Positions 1 to 9,645 of a DNA stretch of 64,000 nt are shown piece by piece (position 1 is the stretch's first letter; every line of letters begins with the position of its first letter). The DNA comes from a virus (lineage: Duplodnaviria; Heunggongvirae; Uroviricota; Caudoviricetes): IMG/VR virus record IMGVR_UViG_3300024270_000011; one strand, written 5' to 3'. The position numbers were made by a program, and so were the translations under genes. Under the pieces are notes generated by a model, which was not told where the DNA came from, did no database searches, and saw only the letters and a list, made by a program, of their open reading frames with translations.

Positions 1-58
1 TTAACTGAATTGTCATTCGTAAAGTGTCCAACATAGCTTCATCTTCTGGTTTCATCAT
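1..58 (-). CDS. Partial hypothetical protein running off the window start (MMKPEDEAMLDTLRMTIQL...)
   Basis: GGAGG RBS inside the 3' end of the transporter gene; ATG overlaps its stop. Confidence 0.55.
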   Translation of the reverse strand, partial: MMKPEDEAMLDTLRMTIQL

Positions 59-1461
59 ATAATACCTCCAAATATGAATCCAAAACCTACAACGAATACA
101 ATCGAAATAACCGTTGCAATACCACCATATATCAACATATCTTTGGAATCACAATATTCAGACCCTGCCGCAAGTGCTACATGAGCGATAGCTGGTGGAG
201 TTGCATAAGCCATTGATGCGCACATACCAATCAAGATAGTAGACAAAACAGGCGAAATAACTCCAGTTGCAATTACTATTGGTGTCAGTAAATTATATGA
301 AACGGTAGTCGTAACAATATTTGACATTAAATTAGTCATTACTACAGTGAAGCATACTATTGCAAAAATCAAACCTAACATTGAAGGTTGACCAATAATT
401 GCTCCAAGACCCTCGCCAATCGCCGCGGTAATGCCGAGGTCCGCAGAAGTTAACCATTTACCAACTGCAAGAGTTGATGCACACAAAATAATTGCTGTCC
501 AAGGCACGCCATTCTTCATTGCATCATTGAATTTCAAAATGCCAAACAAACAAAGAACAATGACGCCCAGCATAGGAGGAACAGTTGTGGTCCAAGTTTT
601 TAATATTGGAAGCCAATCTGGGAATAAACCAGAGACCATCCACATTGCCACAACAACCAAGAAAACAATTAAAGCAACAATCTCTTTTCGAGTAATCTTA
701 GTCGTATTTTCAGAAGCAGCGACTTGAACATGAGCCACTTGTTTCCTAAAACCTAACCATAAAGCGCCAAAGGTTGCCCCCGCCGCACACAATCCAGCTG
801 GAATACCAATCAGCATATAATCAATCCAGTTAATAACTTCCTCAGTCGCAGATTCATAAAAGCCAATCGCCATGAGCGGGAAGGTGTGAGCAATAGGAGT
901 CATCGCGCAAGATATTGAAGTCATAATAGCCGTACCAATCATTAACATCTTTGCATATGCGTTGCCCTTTTGGAATCCATTAATGTCGTAAATTTCCTTC
1001 GCCAAAGCAAAGAATAAAACGAATAAAACGGTCGGGGAAATGAAGCTTCCGATTACCAAAATGGATACGAAATACATTGCCGCAAATGCCCATTGGGATT
1101 TCTTTGCTATTGGTGTATTAACAAACCATAATGCGATTCGTCTCAAAAGTCCAGTCGTGGAGAGCGCATATGTCAGCGCGCAACTGAAAATGAGGAAGGC
1201 AATAGTATTATTACCCAATGAATTCGCCATTACTATCGATATGGTCACATCAGTCAACTGCGTCAATGAAAATAGCACCAGTAAGCTCGGCCAGCCTACA
1301 TCCACAAAAAGCCACATAATGATAGCACCAATGAATATGCCAATCATTGTAATTGCATCGCCACTTAACCCAGCGAACGCAATGTCCAAACTTGGGAACA
1401 ATGTCGTAAAGAACATGCATATGCACCCAAGCCAAAATGCAAACATCTTTTTACCAGACAT
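55..1461 (-). CDS. SLC13/DASS-family sodium:anion (dicarboxylate/sulfate) symporter
   Basis: 468 aa with many hydrophobic helices; TAIMTSISCAMTPIAH, MTNLMSN and AYATPPA hairpin motifs typical of DASS; AAGGAGG RBS before ATG 1461. Confidence 0.8.
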   Translation of the reverse strand: MSGKKMFAFWLGCICMFFTTLFPSLDIAFAGLSGDAITMIGIFIGAIIMWLFVDVGWPSLLVLFSLTQLTDVTISIVMANSLGNNTIAFLIFSCALTYALSTTGLLRRIALWFVNTPIAKKSQWAFAAMYFVSILVIGSFISPTVLFVLFFALAKEIYDINGFQKGNAYAKMLMIGTAIMTSISCAMTPIAHTFPLMAIGFYESATEEVINWIDYMLIGIPAGLCAAGATFGALWLGFRKQVAHVQVAASENTTKITRKEIVALIVFLVVVAMWMVSGLFPDWLPILKTWTTTVPPMLGVIVLCLFGILKFNDAMKNGVPWTAIILCASTLAVGKWLTSADLGITAAIGEGLGAIIGQPSMLGLIFAIVCFTVVMTNLMSNIVTTTVSYNLLTPIVIATGVISPVLSTILIGMCASMAYATPPAIAHVALAAGSEYCDSKDMLIYGGIATVISIVFVVGFGFIFGGII

Positions 1462-1483
1462 AATAACCTCCTTATTCAATTAA

Positions 1484-1513
1484 AAAAGAGGGAACAGGTT
1501 TCCCTGTCCCCTC
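1484..1513 (-). terminator. Intrinsic terminator between the wHTH gene and the transporter
   Basis: GAGGGGACAGG-GAAA-CCTGTTCCCTC followed by TTTTTT on the minus strand. Confidence 0.8.
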
Positions 1514-1525
1514 AAATCGCCAATC

Positions 1526-1939
1526 TTACTCAGCGTCAGCAACCTGTGCGATTCTGTAAGACTGAACCTTACGAGCCTTAACGCCCTCGCCGCCAGGGAT
1601 AGTCTTCTCAGCCTTTTCAGCCACACCAGCCTTAACGAGTGCGTTCAAGCGATATGCAACCTTAGCAGTAGTCACATCTTCGCCCTCGATGCAGGCAGTA
1701 ACCTCGGCGATAGTCTGATACTCATCAGTGAGAACATTCTCAACTGCGATAGTGAGCTCGTCAGCCTCAGCCTTCTTGTTAGCAGCGGCTTCCTTAGCCT
1801 TAGCAGCCTTCTTCTCGAGCAGAGCAATCTCGTTGCCCACGAACTCAGTGAGCATATCAGCATCTGCATGGTCGGAAGTGGCGAGAATGTCGAGAATCAT
1901 TGCGAACTTGTCTTTCTTAGTAATCTTAGCGTTAGTCAT
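1526..1939 (-). CDS. Coiled-coil plus winged-helix protein, distant paralog of the 119-aa wHTH triplet
   Basis: MTNAKITKKDKF...EIALLEKK...TIAEV...VAYRLNALVKAGVAEK aligns with the 15922/16783/20508 proteins. Confidence 0.7.
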   Translation of the reverse strand: MTNAKITKKDKFAMILDILATSDHADADMLTEFVGNEIALLEKKAAKAKEAAANKKAEADELTIAVENVLTDEYQTIAEVTACIEGEDVTTAKVAYRLNALVKAGVAEKAEKTIPGGEGVKARKVQSYRIAQVADAE

Positions 1940-2037
1940 AGTCTTTGTACCTCTTTCTATAATTTTTTTTGATTTTGAGTTAAGGTTTTTTCTTTACCTT
2001 ACATATATATTATAACATTTTTTTTTGAAAAAATCAA

Positions 2038-3639
2038 TTAGTTCTTATGATGCTTTAGGAACCATTCCATATCAGCCTCATCACAGAGGTCGAACAATTC
2101 TCGACCTCTCTCGGTCAGCTCCCCAAGTCGTACATAGTACAGCTCACGCCAGAAGCTACCATAACGATGGAACTCACGATTTTTAGGGTCAATGGTGAAG
2201 AACTTGCTGAACTGTTCATCACTCACATTAAAGTCGTCATAGATATCATCCAGACAAACTCGAACGGAGTAAGGACACTCACGGTCATTCAGCTTCTCTT
2301 CGGGGAAGTCGTCCGGAATTACATTCAGAGTCACGAAGTTGGAATCGTGATGTTCCCTGCCGGACACAGGGCACTCTGCGACGTGCTCGTCATAACAGTA
2401 GTCACAGTAGCAGCTACCATCAACTTCGACTGCATCGTCAGGGTTGATGCGGTTGTCACAGCAGCAGCAGTAGACATAGTCAGAGCAGCTGTTGCAAGTC
2501 AGAGGCTCTTCACCATCGAAGTCCACATCGGAACGGCCGCAGTACATACATACTTCCGGACCGGAGTAGTTGAACTGGTACTTGTGCTCATATACACTCT
2601 CCGGATTAGCAGTCACACGAATCTGGTGAGAGCAAGAGCCGAAGTCATTGTACATAGTGTCGCACCAGAACTGGAACTTCCAATTCTCGCCATCCACCTG
2701 GAACCAGTTTTCGTGTTCCATAGTGTAAACCTGCTCCTTGTATTCCCAACCGAGGTTCTTCTGAGCCAGAGCGCAGAGCCAGTTGATAACCTCGTTAGCC
2801 AGACCGTCGTGGCAGTAAGGGTAACCCTTAACACCAACAACGCACTCGGGCTGAACGATGAAGAGCTGACGCCACTTCTTGTTGTTCCAGTACTTGTCGT
2901 AGAAACGCATATCTTCCTTAGCACGGAGATAAGCAACCACGACACACTCGGAGTTCATCATCTCAACAGTACCACGGCGATAGCAACCCGTATTACGCCA
3001 AGACATACAAGAGTCCCAGTCGCAATCGTTGTCGCTCATGGTCATATAGTCCATAGGATGGATAGAGATGCAGAGTTCGCCTTTCAGCATCTTCTGGTTC
3101 AATACACGAGAGTGGCACAGACGGAACTCTTCAAAGCCGTCCACATTCCACGCCTGTGCAATCTTGCCGAGAATCTTAACTGGCTTGCAACCACGCTGAA
3201 CCTGAATAGGCTTGCCATCATTAGGCACATTGACAGTGAAGCTGTCGCCCTCATAACTGTTGCGAGCGAGGTAGTAAGAGCTGAACAGGTCCATGATGCA
3301 CCAACGATTGACGCCCATTTCACGCCAGTTGCGGTCAACGCAGTTGCTCAGATTCATATAGAAAGGACGCATGGAAGGACCGTCCTCACGGAAGCTGAGC
3401 AGTTCGCCAATCTCACGCTCCATATCGCCGGCTTCCTTGACAACGGTGATGTCCTTGGAGAGAATGAGATTTTCGCCCATCAGCTTGAACAGACGAGCCT
3501 TATTGGAGTTCCAATAACGAAGAATGTACTCAAGGGAGGCTTTGGAGCCGCCACAGTTTACTTCGTCGAGTGCGTAGTCAGAAATCCACGCTTCAATCAG
3601 TTCCTTATCGGCCGCAGCCAAAACTTCCTTAAATAACAT
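2038..3639 (-). CDS. Conserved phage protein with SIHPMDY...SCMSW motif and C-terminal CxxC zinc-ribbon repeats
   Basis: 533 aa ORF with own promoter and RBS; several CxxC pairs; function unknown. Confidence 0.75.
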   Translation of the reverse strand: MLFKEVLAAADKELIEAWISDYALDEVNCGGSKASLEYILRYWNSNKARLFKLMGENLILSKDITVVKEAGDMEREIGELLSFREDGPSMRPFYMNLSNCVDRNWREMGVNRWCIMDLFSSYYLARNSYEGDSFTVNVPNDGKPIQVQRGCKPVKILGKIAQAWNVDGFEEFRLCHSRVLNQKMLKGELCISIHPMDYMTMSDNDCDWDSCMSWRNTGCYRRGTVEMMNSECVVVAYLRAKEDMRFYDKYWNNKKWRQLFIVQPECVVGVKGYPYCHDGLANEVINWLCALAQKNLGWEYKEQVYTMEHENWFQVDGENWKFQFWCDTMYNDFGSCSHQIRVTANPESVYEHKYQFNYSGPEVCMYCGRSDVDFDGEEPLTCNSCSDYVYCCCCDNRINPDDAVEVDGSCYCDYCYDEHVAECPVSGREHHDSNFVTLNVIPDDFPEEKLNDRECPYSVRVCLDDIYDDFNVSDEQFSKFFTIDPKNREFHRYGSFWRELYYVRLGELTERGRELFDLCDEADMEWFLKHHKN

Positions 3640-3871
3640 AGTATCTACCTCGCTTTATTGTTCTTTCTTTATCTTACATATATATTATAACATATTTTTA
3701 TAAAAAAATCAAATAAGCTCTTTGGTGCCCAGTAGGCTTACCTTTTAACGCCTTGAGTACCGCTCGCACTCATTTTGATTTCTTTATCACTTTCTATAAA
3801 TATTATAACATATTTTTTATAAAAAATCAAAAAGGCTCTCTGAAGCGAGTCAGAGAGCCTTATGGAATTTA

Positions 3872-5086
3872 TTAGTCGTGATGGCCGCAGTGGCACTCGT
3901 GCTTACCAGTCTGCATATTCATCATCATCATAGGCAGCATCCAGTCGTTAGACTTGCCATCCTTACCCATCATGAAGTAGAGCATCATAGGATTGTTCAT
4001 ATCGAAGTTACCGTTGCCCTGATTCATCAGGAAGAACATCATCATAGGGTCGATATCCTTACCCTCGCCCATCATAATGAAAGGCAGCATATTACCGAAA
4101 GGCTGGTCGGCAGTAGGAGCGCCAGTGAAGGCGTCGAACATAGACACAATCTTGGTAACGAAGTTGAAACCGAACATATTGGTAGTAGGAATGATAGTCT
4201 TAGCCTCGCCAGCGCGCACATCCACAGCAGAGATGGAACCACCCTCAGTGGAAGTTACGAACATAGGCACACGGTTGTGGATGACGATATCGCCAACCTT
4301 AATGTCCTTGATAGCAACAGGCATCTTGAACATATACTGGCGACCATCGAAGTTGAACACATCAACATCGACAATCTGACCGTTGTTATAGGACACCCAG
4401 ATACCGGCGTTGTTCTGAACAGCCAGGCCGTAGATGCTCATTCGGATATTATCATTGCTGCAAGGACCGAAATCAAAATTGAAACCCTTCATATCAGTTT
4501 TCTCCTTTTCATTTTTCAGAATTTCGTCAATAGGTTTCTTTAGACTACAGCTCATATCGAGATTTGCATGGTCTAAATCAATCTTATAGTTTTTTACGGG
4601 ATAGCAGTTGCTTGAAGTGCATTGCACAGAAACATCTTCGGGACGGACTTCTATCCAATCCCCATCAGGAGCCTTAATACGCATCCCAATCGCATCAGGC
4701 ATAATTCTGCTCATATTTTTGTTTACTTCGCTTGAAGCGATATTGCACTTGACCTTAACTAAGTCTTGACCAAATGCGTGTTCTTTGTCAAATTCGGCGC
4801 TCATTCCATACTCTGAGTAGTCTTCGCAGAACTCGGACCAAAGGAATGTACCCAATGACTGGTCGCAAGGGTCAAGAGTCATACTCTTTCTGTCATTGGA
4901 ATGAATTTCGATTTCATAATCGTCACCCTCAATCTCAATGCACTTGCCCTTAAACTTGCTGACGAATTCCTTCCAGCGGTCATATGGGAATTTCTTGTAG
5001 GTTTTATCCTTGACCAGGTCCGCAAAGTCTGTCAAAGCGAAATCCAGCTCTCGAGAATCAATAGCCGTATACAAGTCGCTTTGCAA
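3872..5086 (-). CDS. Hypothetical protein with Met-rich C-terminal domain
   Basis: 404 aa; NMLPFIMM/DPMMMFFLM/NPMMLYFMM repeats. Confidence 0.7.
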   Translation of the reverse strand: MQSDLYTAIDSRELDFALTDFADLVKDKTYKKFPYDRWKEFVSKFKGKCIEIEGDDYEIEIHSNDRKSMTLDPCDQSLGTFLWSEFCEDYSEYGMSAEFDKEHAFGQDLVKVKCNIASSEVNKNMSRIMPDAIGMRIKAPDGDWIEVRPEDVSVQCTSSNCYPVKNYKIDLDHANLDMSCSLKKPIDEILKNEKEKTDMKGFNFDFGPCSNDNIRMSIYGLAVQNNAGIWVSYNNGQIVDVDVFNFDGRQYMFKMPVAIKDIKVGDIVIHNRVPMFVTSTEGGSISAVDVRAGEAKTIIPTTNMFGFNFVTKIVSMFDAFTGAPTADQPFGNMLPFIMMGEGKDIDPMMMFFLMNQGNGNFDMNNPMMLYFMMGKDGKSNDWMLPMMMMNMQTGKHECHCGHHD

Positions 5087-5345
5087 CCTCGCTTTCTATA
5101 TATTGTACCTCTTGGTCGGTAAAAGTATCACTATCGATGCCGACCTCATCGTATATATCACACTGAGTGGCGAAGTCGTTACACATAGGCCCGGCCGCAA
5201 CCATCAGATTGATAACTTGATTGATTTTACCCTGTCGAGTAGGAAGCATTCCCTCACACTCCATCGCATAAAGGTTGAATGCTTCTCTTTCTATTGGGCT
5301 TTCTCTATACCAAGGCGGGTCAACGCCAAATTTTCCATCAAACAT
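5058..5345 (-). CDS. Hypothetical protein
   Basis: 95 aa, AAGGAGG RBS, operon context. Confidence 0.7.
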   Translation of the reverse strand: MFDGKFGVDPPWYRESPIEREAFNLYAMECEGMLPTRQGKINQVINLMVAAGPMCNDFATQCDIYDEVGIDSDTFTDQEVQYIESEVAKRLVYGY

Positions 5346-5356
5346 GACACGCCTCC

Positions 5357-5644
5357 TTACTTACTAAACTTAGAAACGCTACCGTCGACCAGATAAGCCA
5401 GCACATCTACATCATGGTAGCCGCCGTCTTCATCTTCAACTTCAACATCGTAACTCACATAAGGGAACTCAGTTTTCAGAGCCTTGACTGCATCCAGCAC
5501 ACCAGACGCCAGCTCACGAAAACGGATATCCTTACGCTTTTTCAGTTCATGGCTGATATCCTCAGCCAGAATGGACAGTTCCTCAAGGGACATAGACTTA
5601 ATATCTACCATAAAAATACCAACCTCTTTCTTATAAATCTGCAA
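5357..5644 (-). CDS. Hypothetical protein (H-NS-like N-terminal helix possible)
   Basis: 95 aa; DIKSMSLEELSILAEDISHELKKR; true start may be the internal M. Confidence 0.6.
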   Translation of the reverse strand: MQIYKKEVGIFMVDIKSMSLEELSILAEDISHELKKRKDIRFRELASGVLDAVKALKTEFPYVSYDVEVEDEDGGYHDVDVLAYLVDGSVSKFSK

Positions 5645-5828
5645 GTACCTTGTTCAGTCTTGCGAGTTCATTTTCCATCAGCTCATTCAGAGCGTTTTTG
5701 AATTCTGGATTAAAAAGTGCGAAGTCTTCAGCATCCTTAACCGCCTTATCAACTTCGTCCATAAACGCCTGGAAGCCATCAATCGCATCCAGTGCACGGG
5801 AAGCCTCTAACGCCTTAGTTCTTGTCAT
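5631..5828 (-). CDS. Hypothetical protein
   Basis: 65 aa from ATG 5828 with AAGGAGG RBS. Confidence 0.7.
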   Translation of the reverse strand: MTRTKALEASRALDAIDGFQAFMDEVDKAVKDAEDFALFNPEFKNALNELMENELARLNKVLADL

Positions 5829-5838
5829 ATGAACCTCC

Positions 5839-6150
5839 TTACCACCAGTTACGATTTGCAGATTCCCAGAACAGATTGAAGACATCTTCAGGAACCATAT
5901 CTTCGCTATATCTGCAAGTGCCAGCAAGAGCGTCGAACATAGCATTGATTTCTTCTTCCTCATACTTTTCGAGTTCAGTAGACCATTCGTCTACGATAGC
6001 GAACATCTTAACTTCAACTTCAAACTGATGAGGACGGGACAGGAACTCAACCAGCTCCTTGAAAGTATTGTAGTGACCGTGACCACCTTCGCACACAAAC
6101 ATAGGAGAATGATTATCGTCGTCCAGACCAAGAATTCTATATTTAGACAT
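5839..6150 (-). CDS. Hypothetical acidic protein
   Basis: 103 aa directly after a class A promoter. Confidence 0.75.
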   Translation of the reverse strand: MSKYRILGLDDDNHSPMFVCEGGHGHYNTFKELVEFLSRPHQFEVEVKMFAIVDEWSTELEKYEEEEINAMFDALAGTCRYSEDMVPEDVFNLFWESANRNWW

Positions 6151-6260
6151 AGTATCGACCTCTTTCTTTTTTCTTTCTTTCTTTATCTTACATATATATT
6201 ATAACATATTTTTTATAAAAAATCAAAGAAGCCTACTGGTGACCAGCAGGCTTCCTTATA

Positions 6261-6338
6261 TTATCTATCATAAAATATGCCTACAACGAGGCAAACAATG
6301 TATATGCCTATGATTAGGCAACTGAAAAACGCTCTCAT
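6261..6338 (-). CDS. 25-aa hydrophobic peptide MRAFFSCLIIGIYIVCLVVGIFYDR
   Basis: AGGAG RBS 6 nt upstream; ends just before a terminator; not in the ORF track. Confidence 0.55.
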   Translation of the reverse strand: MRAFFSCLIIGIYIVCLVVGIFYDR

Positions 6339-6341
6339 ATG

Positions 6342-6614
6342 TTACTCCTGGTTGCAAAACGGGCAATTCTTACCATACTCAAACAGTGCATATGTGCCCT
6401 CGCTCAGATAAACATTGCCAAACTCTTCGGTATGCAGCTCGATGCCTCGCTCATTATCGTGCCAGCTCTTGATAGTGGCACAATAGCCATCAACGCCGTC
6501 GCTCACATGGACGTGGGTGAAGTTGTAGTTACCGAAACCCCAGTTCTCATTACCGCAGGCCGTCAAACCCAGAACCATCACCAGCACCAAAACAATCGCA
6601 AAAATTTTCTTCAT
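6342..6614 (-). CDS. Small lipoprotein
   Basis: MKK plus hydrophobic stretch plus LTAC lipobox. Confidence 0.75.
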   Translation of the reverse strand: MKKIFAIVLVLVMVLGLTACGNENWGFGNYNFTHVHVSDGVDGYCATIKSWHDNERGIELHTEEFGNVYLSEGTYALFEYGKNCPFCNQE

Positions 6615-6632
6615 ATTCCCTATCTCCTTTTC

Positions 6633-7349
6633 TTAGTTGAGGACCATGCAACGAGTAAGCACGGTCTGCTTTTCGTTTTTATAGACCTTGTGGTCTTTAA
6701 TCGTACCTCGCAGAGTATACTCGTTACCCTCTACGAGCTGCTTAGCAGAAGTGGTCCACATGATGACATTACCCTCGTAGTCATGCATCACATGCATCGT
6801 GGAACGACCATAGTAGCCATTCATTTCGATTGCTTTCTCAACCGTAACAACCACTTCGATTCGGTCGCCGATATTGCCAATGAACTCGGAATCAGAAGGC
6901 TCATACAGGAACTGAGCACACCATTCCTTAACCGCAGTTTCATTTTTCAGGCAAATCTGATCCTCGGCGCAGACATCAGACCAACGAATTTCGATAGGGT
7001 CAATGCCAATAGGAATATCCTTAGGCAGCTCTTCAGTAGAAGGGCAATACCAACCGAAAATCTTATTGTATTTGCAAACAGAGGCACGGAACCATTCCAG
7101 AGCCGCATAAGTATCGCCCTTGAAGATATGAATGAAGCCATTGGCAAAGCCGAGAGCTTCCTTTTCAGTCTTAGGCTTAGCACGCTCAGTAGGAGCTTCA
7201 CCATACATCTTGGCATATTCAGCATCGCTATACCAACGAACCTGGCGGGTGCCGCCCTTGACAGTTTCCACTTTTACATACATTTTTCCGTTTACCGCAT
7301 AAGGCTGACCCAGCTGTTTCAGACCCTGATAGCTCTTTGCTACTGCCAT
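6633..7349 (-). CDS. Protein with C-terminal OB-fold-like domain
   Basis: IGNIGDRIEVVVTV...LRGTIKDHKVYKNEKQTVLTRC pattern common in phage OB-fold proteins. Confidence 0.6.
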   Translation of the reverse strand: MAVAKSYQGLKQLGQPYAVNGKMYVKVETVKGGTRQVRWYSDAEYAKMYGEAPTERAKPKTEKEALGFANGFIHIFKGDTYAALEWFRASVCKYNKIFGWYCPSTEELPKDIPIGIDPIEIRWSDVCAEDQICLKNETAVKEWCAQFLYEPSDSEFIGNIGDRIEVVVTVEKAIEMNGYYGRSTMHVMHDYEGNVIMWTTSAKQLVEGNEYTLRGTIKDHKVYKNEKQTVLTRCMVLN

Positions 7350-7458
7350 AGTATCGACCTCTCTTTTCTTAATTTCTTTTCTTACTTTATATATATATTA
7401 TAACATATTTTTTTATAAAAATCAAAGAAGCCCTTGTGTCTCCACAGGGCTTCATATA

Positions 7459-7725
7459 TTAGTAGCCGCATTCCTCTCGGAAGGTCTCGTACGAAATCTC
7501 CTCGAAGCCATAGCCGCACTCTTCAAGGTATTCCTCTTCATCCATGCCGCAAGAAGTATCCCACCATTCAGCTGCATTATCTTCTGTCAGCTCCTGAGCG
7601 AACTTGTGCATATTAGCTTCACTTGTGCCGCTGTAATATGCGATTTTATCCTCACCGCAGAACGGCGTATAGGCAGTTATCCTCCAGTATCGCTTAACCG
7701 AGGATGCCGCAGTCGTGTCGGTCAT
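7459..7725 (-). CDS. Highly acidic small protein (paralog of 9237..9533)
   Basis: 88 aa; FCGED...DNA...EEYLE motif shared with 9237..9533. Confidence 0.7.
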   Translation of the reverse strand: MTDTTAASSVKRYWRITAYTPFCGEDKIAYYSGTSEANMHKFAQELTEDNAAEWWDTSCGMDEEEYLEECGYGFEEISYETFREECGY

Positions 7726-7933
7726 ATCCGAATACCTCCTTGAATGCTTCATCTACGCTGGCCCACATCTTATCATAATCCTCATCTTCATCACCGTGTT
7801 CAGGATACAGCTCGAAGAACAGAGTATCAGAAAAGTAATCCTTATCAATCGCAGTATTCACCGCGTCGGCGAAAGCCAATTTCCATTTTTCAATCGGAAT
7901 TCCTCCGACAACTTTACCATGCGACATTGACAA
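7694..7933 (-). CDS. Hypothetical acidic protein
   Basis: 79 aa, overlapping operon arrangement. Confidence 0.65.
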   Translation of the reverse strand: MSMSHGKVVGGIPIEKWKLAFADAVNTAIDKDYFSDTLFFELYPEHGDEDEDYDKMWASVDEAFKEVFGYDRHDCGILG

Positions 7934-8201
7934 TTACCTCCTTATATCTGGGGAAAGTATCAGCCAGAAAGCTGATGATGCAGTTTTCCAGACGAATGTG
8001 CTCTTCGTTCTGCCAAGAAGCGCCGGTGTATTCAACGGGACCATCTTCCCAACTGTAACGCTTATACACATCGTTCATATACTGGTCGCCAAACATAATC
8101 TGGCGCAAATCGCAGACACGGAAATCATTTCCATAATGAGAAACCATCGCGTCCTGCAGGTCATAAATATCAATTATCGGCAGAATCTCGTACTTCATCA
8201 T
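7914..8201 (-). CDS. Hypothetical protein
   Basis: 95 aa, GAAGGAG RBS. Confidence 0.7.
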   Translation of the reverse strand: MMKYEILPIIDIYDLQDAMVSHYGNDFRVCDLRQIMFGDQYMNDVYKRYSWEDGPVEYTGASWQNEEHIRLENCIISFLADTFPRYKEVIVNVAW

Positions 8202-8409
8202 TTTCCTTCTCCTTCAGTTCGTCGATAGCCTGTTGCAGGAAATAACCTGCGTATCTGCGACCCTCGGGGTCACTATTGCCGTCATATACCAGCTGAACCA
8301 ACTCAATGTGTTCGCAGGTATCATATGCGGGGTGGTCGCGCATGAACTTGCAAGCCTTGCGGAAGGCAAGCTCAATTACCTTATTTCTGTCCAATTTTCT
8401 TACCTCCAC
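8170..8409 (-). CDS. Hypothetical protein
   Basis: 79 aa from GTG 8409, overlapping the phosphoesterase end. Confidence 0.55.
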   Translation of the reverse strand: MEVRKLDRNKVIELAFRKACKFMRDHPAYDTCEHIELVQLVYDGNSDPEGRRYAGYFLQQAIDELKEKENDEVRDSADN

Positions 8410-8959
8410 GCTTTTTCTTTCTCTTGGTTGCTTGGTCGATAGTCTGGCGGTGGATAGACTCAGTCTTGCTGAGAATACCAGTCTTTGCAAGCAGGTTGTT
8501 CATATGAACAGGCTTGTAACCGATAACATCGGCACAGACATTGAGATGACCCTCTCTCTTGGTACCCTTGTGGTCGTGACCGTGAATGTTGAACGCCCAA
8601 GGAATTTCCACAGGCTCGTGAGAGAGCAACAGCTTCTCACCAATCATCAGAGGACCAGAGTAAACCTCATCGAATACTTCGTTGTAAACAGTATGACCTA
8701 CATCGTGGTTGCCGCAAATGAGAACCTTGTAGCCACGAATCTGACGAGCATATTCAATGTCGCCAATGTCACCGAGGAAGATGATGGTATCCTTACGACC
8801 AACGCAAGCGTTAATCATCTTTACCATTTCCTCGTCAGAAGGACGGTTAGGCATGCCTGCGCGCAGGTCTTCATCACCGAAGTGAGGGTCAGAATACAGC
8901 CACACGGTCTGCTTACACCATCTCTCGTTAAAAATTTCATAAACACCACTCAGAGCCAT
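8381..8959 (-). CDS. Calcineurin-like metallophosphoesterase
   Basis: SDPHFG, LGD, GNHD, SHEP and HGHDH metal-binding motifs. Confidence 0.9.
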   Translation of the reverse strand: MALSGVYEIFNERWCKQTVWLYSDPHFGDEDLRAGMPNRPSDEEMVKMINACVGRKDTIIFLGDIGDIEYARQIRGYKVLICGNHDVGHTVYNEVFDEVYSGPLMIGEKLLLSHEPVEIPWAFNIHGHDHKGTKREGHLNVCADVIGYKPVHMNNLLAKTGILSKTESIHRQTIDQATKRKKKRGGKKIGQK

Positions 8960-8976
8960 ATTCAGACCCTCCTTTC

Positions 8977-9237
8977 TTAAATCTTAATTCCGTCTCCCTC
9001 GTCCTCTCGCAGTTCATCGAGAACAGACTTAGAAATCTGAATGATACAGCCACTGCAATCCCACTCACTCAGACGAACATCAATTACTGCGTCCTTACCG
9101 TAGTAGTCAATGACCTTGGTGATGGCATCGGGATAGCTGTCGGCGCAGATAACGCCGCAATAAATCATTTTATCGAGCTGGTTCTCAACAACCATAGACT
9201 CTTCGTAAACACGAACTTCATACTCGAAATAACCCAT
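8977..9237 (-). CDS. Hypothetical protein
   Basis: 86 aa, coupled to the upstream gene. Confidence 0.7.
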   Translation of the reverse strand: MGYFEYEVRVYEESMVVENQLDKMIYCGVICADSYPDAITKVIDYYGKDAVIDVRLSEWDCSGCIIQISKSVLDELREDEGDGIKI

Positions 9238-9533
9238 TATTCAACCTCCTTAGGCTCATAACCCCAGTTCTCACACCATTCAACATACTCTTCATAGGTT
9301 GCATCGTACCAGTCGAAATCAACATAGTTCTCCAGATAGTCTTCATAGTCCTCATCAGAGTACTCTTCACCCCAACCGAAGTGAACATATGCATAGGATT
9401 CTGCGTTATCGCGAGCCCAGTCGCAAACAGTTTCGTTGATAATCGCTTCGGCGGTTCCATCTTCGAAGAAGAAAACCTCCTCAGAGTCACAGCCGCAGTA
9501 ACCATTTCCACAATGAGCTAAAATAATCATCAT
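9237..9533 (-). CDS. Highly acidic small protein
   Basis: 98 aa, D/E/Y-rich; own class A promoter. Confidence 0.75.
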   Translation of the reverse strand: MMIILAHCGNGYCGCDSEEVFFFEDGTAEAIINETVCDWARDNAESYAYVHFGWGEEYSDEDYEDYLENYVDFDWYDATYEEYVEWCENWGYEPKEVE

Positions 9534-9645
9534 ATTATCAACCTCGCTTTTATCTCTTTCTTTATCTTACATATATATTATAACATATTTTTATAAAAAA
9601 ATCAAAGAAGCTCTCTTGAATTCACCAAGAGAGCTTCCTATATCA

